Source of the DNA: Toensbergia leucococca
Lineage: Eukaryota
Reading direction: 5' to 3'
Assembly: GCA_022813965.1 (NCBI GenBank)
Contig: JALDZS010000108.1
Span: 57,719-77,718, forward strand
Length of the DNA stretch: 20,000 bases
Positions 1 to 10,497 of this stretch are shown one piece after another. Each line of letters starts with the position of its first letter. Positions within the stretch are counted from its first letter, which is position 1. The position numbers were made by a program, and so were the translations under genes. The notes under the pieces were generated by a model. That model was not told where the DNA came from. It searched no databases and saw only the letters and a list, made by a program, of their open reading frames with translations.

Positions 1-2
1 AC

Positions 3-317
3 TGGTCCGCCTCCTGCACCTCCCTCAACGACCCCACCTCCCTAACCCACTTCCCCTCTCCCCCCTCCTCCCACTGCCACCAAAGCAACTGCCTCCGCGG
101 CGATCATCTAGACGCTTGCCACCACGATCTGGAACGCATGCTTCGGGGCTCGGGGGAGTATTCGAGGGAGTTTCTGAGGAGGTGGTGGGTGAGGTTTCAT
201 CCGGATAAGTTTTCGGCGTGTGCGGAGGGGGTGAGGGGGGGGATGGAGGGGAGGGGGAAGGATATGTTTTTGATGCTTGGGAGGTTGATGGAGGTGGAGA
301 GGTGGGGGGGTAGGTGA
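3..317 (+). CDS. 3' end (5'-partial) of a fungal hypothetical protein with a C-terminal 'RFHPDKF' (J-domain-like HPD) motif
   Basis: Open frame from the window edge to TGA at 315-317: WSASCTSLNDPTSLTHFPSPPSSHCHQSNCLRGDHLDACHHDLERMLRGSGEYSREFLRRWWVRFHPDKFSACAEGVRGGMEGRGKDMFLMLGRLMEVERWGGR*. Not in the ORF track (gene starts outside the window). Confidence 0.7.
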   Translation, partial: WSASCTSLNDPTSLTHFPSPPSSHCHQSNCLRGDHLDACHHDLERMLRGSGEYSREFLRRWWVRFHPDKFSACAEGVRGGMEGRGKDMFLMLGRLMEVERWGGR

Positions 318-479
318 GTGTGGTGGGAGGTGGGATCGGGGGTGTGGAGAGTTGGTGTGGTGTTTGTGTTGAGTGTTTTGTCTTGTGATTTGATTGAGCG
401 AAGACTTAAATGGGGATAGGTAGAGAGGGTGATTGAGGGTTCAGCGTTTGTTCTGTACACTTTTGTTCACAAGTCTTCA

Positions 480-1830
480 TGCTTTCTTGATTCATTAAAT
501 GAATACATTTTTTATCTATCAAACACTCTTAATGCACTGAATCAACTTTGATCTAAGTTAAGAGCCTTCTTTTATTATTTGCTTACACCTTCTCTCTGAG
601 AGAAATCTCACTCACAGAAACCCCTCAATTCTGCAAGCACATTTGCTCTCTCAGCTCCTTATTCTTTACAACCATTCTCACCTTATTATCTCTTAATTTT
701 AATTCTTCTTACATTCAAGCCCTCTTTATAATCTCTTATTAACTCAAACCCATTATACCTTTTTCTTATCTCATCATCTTGACTCTTCTTATCTCAATTC
801 TTCTTACACTCAATCTCTCTTTTTAACCCCTTTTTTAATCAAATGCTTACACCTTCTTCTTTTTCTTATCTGCTTACCTCTCAACTTCAATTCTTCTCTT
901 CTTATTTCTTTTCTCAATCTCTCTTATTTATCTCACTTACTCTCTCACTCTCTTACTCTCATCTTCTTATCTCTCACCTCTCACTCTCTTACTCTCTCAC
1001 TCTCTTACCTTCTGCACTCTCACTCTCTCACACTCTCACTTTCTGCACTCTCTTACTCTTTAACTCTCTCACTCTCTCACTCTGTTACTTACTTACTTTC
1101 TTACTCTCTTATCTCTCACCTTCTGCACTCTCTCACCTTCTTATTCTCTCACCTTCTGCACTCACATATTTCTTCATCTCTCACTCTCTTTCTCTCTACA
1201 CTCTAGACCTCTCATCACTCTTATCAACACCCTCAACAACCTCTCTTCTTCATTTCTCAAAAAAAAAGAAGTGCATCAAATCACACAAAATTCTCACACA
1301 AAACCTCTCTCTCAAAACCCTCAAAAAACCCCTCAAAAAACCTCTCAAAAACACTCACTCTAAACAAACAAACAAACAACATATCATCATCATCATCAAA
1401 TAACTCTCAAACCCTACCCTTCAACCCCTTACTTCAAACCTTCTCTCTCAGAATCAAAATCAAAACTTCTTCATTTCATCTCATCTCATCTCATCTACTC
1501 TAATGAACGCATCAATCATCAGAATAATCCCTATTAAAAAAAATGAAGGAAGCCCCTTCAACCCTTTATAAAATCTCCATCTCATAACATACCATCACAT
1601 CACATTCACCAACTATCAACTATCAACATCACCCTTCACCTTCTCCGTTGAAAGCACACTCCTTCCCCCCCCCCAAAAAAACCAAATACAATCACAAACC
1701 CAAACCCCCACAATCTATACACTCAAAAACCCATCCAAACATCCGTCACAACTATACAAACAAAATCTAATCTCCCATCACCTCTTCACATCCGCACACA
1801 CCGCCCCCCTCCCCTCCTCACTCTTAGTCT
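480..1830. repeat. Low-complexity, G-depleted (+ strand) tract with degenerate direct repeats between two convergent genes
   Basis: 8 G counted in 420 nt (841-1260) and none in 1321-1440; ~95-nt degenerate direct repeat starting 'aattcttcttaca' at 701 and 796 (weaker copy near 889); 'ttctgcactc' recurs four times in 1000-1165; CpG almost absent. Confidence 0.75.
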
Positions 1831-3568
1831 TCAAACCACAACATCCCTCCAACCCCCCCACCCCCTCCCTCTCCCCTCCTCAACCACCTTCCCACTAACC
1901 TCCCTAACCCTCACCCCCTCCCCCTCCTCCCTCCGCACCTCAGCCCCACTCCGACTAACCACCCTCCCCCTCCCCATATCCCCATAAAACCTCGCCTTCC
2001 CACCCACAACCCCAAAGCTGTCCTGTTTAGTATTCACAGGCCGGCTCATCGATCTCAAACCACCGTTTCCTGTCCCAGGCGCAAGGGGACGTTGCTCTGT
2101 GGTACGCGGAAAGATAGGAGGAGTAGGAGGGTTCATTTCTAGGGGGCGTGGAACGACATTTTCCAAGTTCCAGGGGCGATTCTGCTGGACGGTGGCGTGG
2201 TCTCTTGGTGCTGGGCGGAGGTGTTTGAGTTCTGGGAGAGGCGGTGGGGAGTTGGGGGGTGAAGGGTAAGTGATCCAATTGTTGGAGGTGTCTTGGGAGG
2301 AGACGAATGAGTGAGTTCGGGAGGCTGGAGGTTGGGATGATGGAGGTCGGGTAGAGGGAGGGCGAACAGATGATGGGCGAGAATTGTCTGTGTAGAAGGA
2401 GGTGCGTTTTTGGGGTGAGCGGAGGGCTGGAGAAGGCGGATTTCTGGCGCGGGACGAGCGCTGAGAGCTGGCGTATTCAGAAGGGGGTACTGGGATGTCG
2501 AAATGAGAGATGTGAGGACTACTTAAGTCGGGTTGGGCTTTCGAGAGACTGGTGGAGGAGTCGTTGCGCGTATGGAGAAAAGGAACGGTGCGTGGCGGAG
2601 AGATCAGAGGGTCATCGGCGCGGGAATCACGATTCGCATTCTTTGCTGCTCCTATGGCTGGATTATCAAGGAGGGAAGACTTATTACGTTTATGGCGTGA
2701 GGTAAGATTGTCTTCAAGAGGATTCATGTCGGGAGGTAGCTTGGAGATCTTTCGGAAGGTGATAGCCAGGTAGATGGAGATGACGAGAGATATCAGGTGG
2801 AGGACGCCGTTGACTAGGCTCAGAAGGAAAGTGGAGAAGAGGATCTTGTAATTGGCGGTGTCGGATCCGAATAGGGTTTGCCAGCGTCCTTGGGTATTGC
2901 TAGGCTCGGTATATTCGCTTCGAGCCATCAGGGCGGTCAAGATGAAGAAGGGAAGGAGGCCCGTGTCTATTATGGCGGCGAATAGCATGTAGCTAGCTGA
3001 AGATGCTGGGGTGCGTGCTTTAGATGACCGAGCTAGATGATAGATGGCGTAGACAGTGTGCAAAATGGCAACACCAGGCTGGACATAAGCACTATCAGCA
3101 CAGCAATGTCGTCTCAACTTCGCAATTTACTTACCGGTACTCTGATAATCCATCCTACTGATGCTTGAGTTCCTTTGATACAGATAACGCACATCAACAT
3201 GCCAGCTGCTCCTAGTAGTGCGCATATGCGAAGAAACAGTTGGATCCATCTGGTATATTTGACATTGTTTTTGGTACTGGGGCTCATGGGCTTCCAGTCG
3301 AGATTTCCATAGGGTCTGTATATCAGATCAGTACTCTATGTAGCTCTTTCGGCAGTAGATGAAAGCCAAGGACTAACACTACAAAATATGAATCAGGATG
3401 TCTGTTAAATTCTTTCGCATTGATCAAAGGCCCATCTTGCTTAGGTCTGGACCGTGGCGGCGAAAGGCTGGCTTGCGATACGGCTTTTGGATTGAAGCCT
3501 TTCTCATTGGGGCCGACGAAGGAATAGCGTGAGGGAGGATCGTAGATGAAGGGCGGTTCCACGCCCAT
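1831..3568 (-). CDS. Fungal hypothetical membrane protein (about 4 hydrophobic segments, long P/S-rich C-terminal tail); exons 3568-3378, 3315-3135, 3078-1831
   Basis: ATG at 3568 (MGVEPPFIYDPP...FNRHPDSYFVV), intron GTTAGT...CAG (3377-3316), exon PYGNLDWKPMSP...QLFLRICALLGAAGMLMCVICIKG...WIIRVP, intron GTAAGT...CAG (3134-3079), then PGVAILHTVYAIYHL...FRKISKLPPDMNPLEDNLTSR; phases join in frame. Confidence 0.85.
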
Positions 3569-3782
3569 GGTGCGAGAGAGAGACAGAAGACGGATGGGAC
3601 GTTGACTGCTGTAAAGAGAGACACTCGGAGATGATTCAATAAGGATGAGGATAAGGATAAGGAGAGACATGCATAAAGCTTGGTGTTGCATGTTTGGGAC
3701 GATTGTTGTCAAGGCAACAATCAGGGACATCTTATCAAAATCGGAACCTCAATAACTTGCAACATCTCCATCTATTTGACTT
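3569..3782. promoter_or_regulatory. Very short (214 nt) divergent intergenic region; probable bidirectional promoter
   Basis: Head-to-head start codons at 3568 (-) and 3783 (+). Confidence 0.55.
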
Positions 3783-5459
3783 ATGCACGTCTTCCTTGCA
3801 CGTCAATCTGCCAGCAGTATTTTTCATCATGGCGCTCGAAGCTCCTTGCGGCAATCACCAAAGTGGAGACTCATCCCGAGTAGGAGGAGAGATCAGAGGC
3901 AATATAATCGCCATGTCGTTCAAAGTCCACGCCCGTTTCGCATGGCCGTCATTGGATCTGGTCCTGCCGGCTTTTATACGGCATACAAGGTAATGTCCAG
4001 AATTGAAAATGCCGTCGTGGACATGTATGAGCAACTTCCTGTGCCGTATGGACTGGTCAGGTTTGGCGTTGCCCCCGATCATCCAGAAGTCAAGGTAAGA
4101 AAGCAATGTCCCAATCACTCATCTATCTCTAATTCCATAAGAATTGCCAAGACAAGTTCGCCGAAGTCGCCTCCTCTTCTCGCTTCAATTTCATCGGAAA
4201 CATCGACGTTGGCAGAGACCTGCCTTTGTCATCCCTAAAGTCGCATTACGATGCAATACTATTTGCATACGGCGCTTCCAAAGATCGAAGCCTGGGTATA
4301 CCAGGCGAGGACTCTCTTAAAGGCATATACTCGGCTCGGGCTTTCGTGGGATGGTACAATGGATTGCCCGAATATACAGATCTAGAGCCGGAGCTTGACG
4401 CTGGCGAGGAAGCAGTTGTTATTGGGCAAGGCAACGTTGCCTTGGACATTGCGCGGACGCTGTTAAGTGACATTGGTCGTTTGAGGAAAACGGACATGAC
4501 GGAGCATGCTCTTGCTGCTCTGTCGAAAAGTAGGGTGAAAAGAGTGCGAGTCGTTGGCCGAAGGGGCCCAATCCAGGTTTGCATCTCATACAGCTCCTAC
4601 AGGCCAAACTCCCTGACTTGGACCATAGGCATCTTTCACCATCAAAGAAGTCCGCGAGCTCGTTAATCTACCGTCACTTCATTTTGAGCCCATCGATCCC
4701 TCGCTCCTTCCACCCGAACCCGCAAAACTCCCACGAACTCCAAAACGCCTGATGCAATTACTGTCCAAAAGCTCAGCAAACCCAATGCATGGAGCGCCAA
4801 AAGCATGGTCTCTCGATTTCTTCCTATCGCCAAAATCCTTCAACTCCTCCTACGCTAATCCAAGTCATCTATCCTCAATAACTTTCCTGAAAAATCAGCT
4901 GCAGGACCCAACTTCGCTCGATCCTTCTGCAAAGGTAACGCCTACGACGCAAACCGTGACAACCCCCACATCCCTAGCTTTCCGAAGCGTCGGCTACAAA
5001 TCTGAGCCTATTCCCGGCATGGAAGACCTCGACATCCCCTTCAACACCCACCAAGGCATAATCCCCAACGACCCCTCCGGTCGCGTCATCTCCCAACCCC
5101 CCAGCTCAACCTCCACACCACCCACCCAACTCCCCGGCATCTACTGCTCCGGCTGGGTAAAGCGGGGCCCAACTGGCGTCATCGCCAGCACAATGGAAGA
5201 CGCCTTTGCGACCGCCGACGCCATCGTCCAAGACTGGGACTCCGAATTACCGTTCTTGGGCGGGAAGAAACCCGGATGTGGTCAAGCGAGGGATGGATGG
5301 GATGCGTTGAGGGAGGAGGCGAGGGAGCGAGGGCTGAGGGCTGTGAGTTGGGGGGATTGGGAGAGGATTGATGCGGCGGAGAGGGAGAGGGGGGTTGGGA
5401 GGGGGAAGGTGAGGGAGAAGTTTGGGAGGGTGGGGGAGATGTTGGGGGTTTTGGGGTGA
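3783..5459 (+). CDS. ARH1: Mitochondrial NADPH-adrenodoxin (ferredoxin) reductase; exons 3783-4094, 4142-4576, 4629-5459 (~525 aa)
   Basis: FAD-binding AVIGSGPAGFY, PVPYGLVRFGVAPDHPEVK|NCQDKF, YSARAFVGWYNGLP, NADPH-binding VVIGQGNVALDIAR, VGRRGPIQ|ASFTIKEVREL, FRSVGYKS, GWVKRGPTGVIASTMEDA; R/S-rich N-terminal presequence; two GT-AG introns keep the frame. Confidence 0.95.
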
Positions 5460-5936
5460 AGAGTGTTTCATCTAGGGGGTTTGGGGGATGATGTTATGAT
5501 AATTTAAAAGAGTGAGCGTCGAGAGTGGAGCTTCGAATACTCGGGCACCGATTCTCTTACGATGTCGCCATTCCAGGAACGCGAGTCCCTCTTTTAGGAA
5601 GCGGGGCCCGCGCCCTACAACTCTCATGACGTACCACCTTTGCATGTGACGGGGCTGGTGCCGAGATGGAGGTGGAAGAGCGTTGCTCAAGCCTGTGGGA
5701 CTTGAAAGTGGTTATCTGTGGGTGTTTGGGTTTCGAGGGGGTTGTGGGCGTGGCGTATGTGGGTCATGTACCTGTGTGCCCTATTTTTCATGGGGTGGGG
5801 GAAGGAGGGACGGGACGGGATGGGATGGGCTTTGACTTGGTTTCAGAGTATGATTGGATGGGGAAAGGGGGCGTGTGGTCGCGATATCCATAGGTAGATA
5901 CCTGCATGGGGTACGAGATGAAGTTAGATGAACACC

Positions 5937-8900
5937 TCACTCCTCCATCTCCAAATCCTCTCCATCATCCTCATCATCCTCTTTATCATCACCGTCCTGA
6001 TCCCCAATATCCTCAACCTCTCCACCACCCCGCCTCCCCTCCAAAAACCTCGCCCACTTCCCAACCCCTATCCCCTTCCCCTCATCACCCAACCCCACAA
6101 TCCCATCTCCCTCCCTCCACCCCTCCCAAGCCCCCAACCCCAAAACATGCCTCATAGTCGGCCTCCCATGCGGACAATTCCATGGCTTATCAATCTCGCC
6201 CATGCGCCCAACCAACCTCTCCATCTGCCGCCGCGTCAAAGTCTTCCCAATCATGACGCTCGATCTACACGCTCGCATGGCGAACATTCGGCGCACTTTA
6301 CTCGGGCGGGGGATGTTACTTGAGATGGGGGTGGAAATGGAGGTGGAAGGAGGGGGCGATTCGCTGAGTAGGGCGATGAGTTCTTCCAGATCGGCGGTTG
6401 TGAAGGTAACTTCGCGGCTCATGGGCAGGGAGAGGAGTCTGCAGCGTTGACCGACGGGTTCGTCGCCGCTTTGATCGACTGAGACGAGGAAGCCGTTTTG
6501 GAGGAGGATGTCGTTGTGTTCGAGGATGATTTCTTCTTCGATAGCTGTGAGTTCGAGAAGGTGGGGTTTGACGAGGCGTTGGTTTTGGACCACCGTGCAG
6601 GCTTGAAGGCGTTCGAAGTTGGACTTCTCGTCCGAGGCGTGCTGGTCGATTATGAAGAGGTCGTCGGTTCTTGGCCTGGATGTCGTGCCTGTTCCAGTGG
6701 CTCGGCGGGTGGCGAGGATGAAGCCGAGGTTGAACTGGCCTACGATGCGCATGCGGCCGAAGTCTTCCTTGGATACTATTAGGGATAGACGGTCTTCGGG
6801 AGAGGTCTCATCAATATACAGGTCAGGCTGCGGTTGACAAGCGTTCTTTGAAGATTCTTTCAGGGCTATTTGCAATGTTCGCAGCTGCTTCTCTATCCGT
6901 TCTAGTGATGTATTAAGGGAGCATGTTAGATTGAGAGTGGAGTTCTTCTGGTTGCTGCCTTTCAATAAACTGGAAGCACGCTTCACGTTGTCTGGTGATG
7001 GTCTTGCCATGTTCTCTTCAGCTTCCTGTATCAATTGTGCAACTTTGGCATCTTCTCTAGCTTTTTTATCTTCATCCTCCAAATACTCCTCATCAGAGTC
7101 TTCGACGCTTGAAAGTATCATTGGAGAGTTGTTGCCCTCGTCATCTTGATCCCCCAACTTCTCAGATCTATCTCCCTCGCATTCTTTCTCTTTTTGATCG
7201 GATGTAGCAGCGAGACGCAACTCGGCAACCCAGGGACTACTGTCACGGCTCCGAGTCGCCCTTTCATTTTCGTCTGACTCGTCATCTTGTTCACTGATCA
7301 CCTCTGTAGCTTGTGTCCCGGGGGCAGCAAAAGCTCGCATACTACTATTAAATCTCTTCTGCGTGGATCCAACGACAGATGAGCTTACAGATAGATCGTC
7401 AGACGCTGATTCTAGCTTGCGCCGCTTAAGATGGGATGACCCAAGCTTGGAGGTGATTGTTTTGGAACCAATCGTTATGGTGGCAGTTTCGGTGGCGATG
7501 CGTCTTGGTCGCATCCGGTCGAAAGCATTTTGTACAATTCCCAAGACGGGCTTTTCAGCTTCCTGGTGTCTCACTGGTATCGCTTCTTCCGACTCAGTGC
7601 TAGAGGAAGGAGACCTGATTGTATGATTCTCAGTGATTGCTTGCTGTTCCGCCATTCGCCGGTTGAAATCTCGCACAGGAATCGAGGGGCCTTCTATCAA
7701 TACATCAGACTCCGCAAGATCATGAGTATTTTCATAGTCATCCATTTGGCGCAGAAAACCTTTATCTTTGCCGAGTTTCTTGATTAGTCTCTGCTTCTCC
7801 TTGGATAAAAAATTTCCAACTTTCTCTTGCTCGGATGTCGATTTGGATCTGTAGACACGCTCCCGAGTCTCGCGGCCCGCAAAGTTCTCGATGAGGCTGC
7901 CTTTCTCTCCAGCGCGGGCGTTTGTCACTGATATTTCTGGCAGATCATCTTTTTCAACAATATCGATTTCACTTTCTTCCAAAGCCGTATTTTCCTTGGC
8001 CCCGGAATGCAATTCGCCTTCTTCCAGGGTCGAGGTCTCATGACTGATAGCAGGCTGCTTAAAGTATGGTAATTTCTGTATAGGCCTTTGAGATTGAGGT
8101 ACTGTCTGATCTTGGTTCTCGAAGAGTGTCGTCAGAGTTGTCTGCAAAACTTAGTACTTCGTGTGAAAGTGGAAGAATTATACAGACTTTCAGCGAATCG
8201 AGTAAGACGCCTTGGTCGTGCAGTAAGATGGTCCTCTTATCCGGCGAGACGTTTACATCATACGCGTCTAAAAGTATTAGCTAGCATTTGGTCAAAGTAT
8301 TGTGTGATCATACTAGTATCTAGTATCACATTTGCAAATACGAAGGGCGATTGAGATATATTATAGGACTTGTAGACCTCGTTGAAGACTTTGGCAACTT
8401 GGGGAAGTGCACATGGCCTAGCATTGACAAAGAACATCTGGCGATCAGGCGCCTGTCTTCCCTCTCCAAATATGGGTCTCGAAACGTGGCCAAGAACGCA
8501 AACTTGATGTTTCCTTACTAATCAGTTTCGAGCAAATATCGATGGGTAACCCATAGAGAATGCCGACTCACCCTGCCTGGACTTGGGTGCGATCGAGAGT
8601 TGAACCTGAACTAGGATCAATGTCAAAGGCGAGATTGAGAGCGATCAAACCCGGTAGCGCTTTGGCACCAAAGACGTTTGCAATGTTTTCTCTAGTTGTC
8701 GGGTTTGACTTGGTTGCAAAAACGATGGCCTTCTTCCCCTTGGCCATTATATTGCTGACGGAAAACTTGACATGTGTGCTAATGCAGGCATAAGCCTGAA
8801 GTACGCCGAGGACCTTGCCGTATTCTCTCTTGACATTTTTCTCCAGCTCTCGTCTCCGGACCGGCAAGTTCATAAAAAGATCCTCCACAGCGACCATTGT

Positions 8901-9524
8901 ACCTTTCGGGCAAGCTATGACTTGGGTTCCACTCAGTCTACCAGAGATCTCAAAGTCAAGCCTCGTCCCTTTGGGCGCTTCCTCGTCGCGGGCTGTGATG
9001 ATATGAAAGTTGGAAAGTGCGCATAGAGACGAAAGTGCTTCTCCGCGGAAACCGAATGTCTGCAACGAGGTAAGGTCGTCGTAAGTAGAGAGCTTTGAAG
9101 TATAATGCTTAAGGGCTAGGCAAGCATATTAGTGAGGGTCTGTGTCCTGTGGGCTGTGGGCTGTGGGCTGTGGGCTGTGAAGCCATACCAATAGTGTCGT
9201 AATTATCCCTGGAGATGCCCTCGCCATTATCCTGAACTTCGATAGAGTCAAGCCCATTGTTTTTGAAGCGAACATCTAGTAGGCTGTCAGACTGCTACGA
9301 GTACTCACGACCCGAGTCTACTGTCGGTGACGCACCAATTGACGAAGCTCCCGCGTCTAAGCTGTTCTCCACAAGCTCTTTGACCACCGAACACAGGTCG
9401 ACGATGACCTGGCCAGACTGAATTTGGTGGACCTAAGAAGCTCGGAGTCAGCTCTAATGCTTTCAAACTAATGTCTATGACTAGACCATACAGTGCGGCC
9501 TTCAAGGGCCTTGATCGTGGTCAT
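5937..9524 (-). CDS. PMS1: DNA mismatch repair MutL-alpha endonuclease subunit (yeast Pms1 / human PMS2 orthologue); exons 9524-9492, 9432-9336, 9275-9189, 9115-8572, 8513-8314, 8267-8188, 8141-5937 (~1081 aa)
   Basis: GHKL ATPase motifs [66 protein letters not shown]-terminal GQFNLGFI, endonuclease [21 protein letters not shown] and CPHGRPT; six GT-AG introns give a continuous frame. Confidence 0.96.
9147..9179. repeat. (CTGTGGG)4+ heptamer tandem repeat in PMS1 intron 3
   Basis: ctgtggg x4 followed by ctgtg, inside the intron 9188-9116. Confidence 0.9.
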
Positions 9525-10497
9525 CTCATCTCATGATGGCCATTGTTAGGAGGTGAGGTGACTTTAGGCGCGACTATTAGTTCCGCAAGCCATCCTAGAG
9601 ACCCTGGTACCTTAAGGTATAGCTCCCGGGCTCCGGTTAAAGCTTCGAGGCTTCTAGGGCTCAAAGCTTAGCTAGTCTCGAGTACAAGGCCTACCTACCT
9701 ACGTGTCGAATAACATGGTCTATGATATTGTTCACAATTTCTCGTAGATTGCGCTATTTGATATTACTTTTTAGGTATGATTACTCGTTCGCCAGGGACT
9801 GCAAGTCAAAAAAGCCTGTGGAATTAATCCGTACCTATGCTACGTAAATGGCATATGGACTTTGGAGCAGAGAGAATCAATACTGGCACTATTTGGAAAG
9901 CCATCAACACCTCGCTACTGAATTCATCCGTTATCCTTTCACCATAAATGGAGCACTACGGGAAAATTCCCGCCTCTCTTTCCTGACAAAAGAGACTATA
10001 TCTCAATTAACAAGGCCCAATCCGCCCAATTTACTTCAAAGGGGGGGGAATACCCCTTCAAGAGATAGAAAACTTTCTTATCGGGAATGCTCTTCAACCT
10101 GAAAAAACTGGATTAATCACTGGGGTAGTGAGATGCCGGAAACAGGCCGGGGGCTTCATCACTCTGAATGAAGTGTCACCTGCTACTACCCCCTCTCGTT
10201 GCTGTCAATTGATAGCTGCTCCAAAGGGACAATGGCTCAATAAGCCTTAAGGGTTTTGAGACACTCCTCGAGTTATTTGAGAAATGCTCCCTGACACCGT
10301 ACCTAGCCTAGCTCGTAAAGCTAGGTATTCGTAGCTGAAATATTGCGGAGAATGACCACTGATCCCAGGGGTAAAGGTAATCTCAACCCAGTTGTCGAAA
10401 AAAAGATGCTTGTCTCTAAATGCCGAAATCTCTAATTTCGCAGGGTTATAGCATATTTTCAAACCTTGGTAATAATCTCAACACGTTTGAAACGATG

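Noticed and set aside
197..460. 87-aa P/T/H-rich minus-strand ORF
   Set aside because: Antisense shadow of the G-rich 3' end of the + strand HPDKF gene.
843..1403. 186-aa L/S-rich ORF that looks like a membrane protein
   Set aside because: By-product of the G-depleted CT-rich tract, where stop codons are rare; low complexity, no recognisable domain.
6610..6650. [12 protein letters not shown] instead of the usual [12 protein letters not shown] in Pms1
   Set aside because: The metal-binding DQHA-x2-E-x4-E residues, ACR and CPHGRP are intact, so there is no evidence of inactivation.
5906..7787. Multiple + strand ORFs (including His/Pro-rich 5906-6157) overlapping PMS1
   Set aside because: Antisense to PMS1 exon 7; composition explained by the skew blocks.
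9848..10462. Short ORFs between PMS1 and the TM gene as a possible transposon relic
   Set aside because: No transposase, RT or integrase motif, terminal repeat or target duplication recognised in the frames I read.
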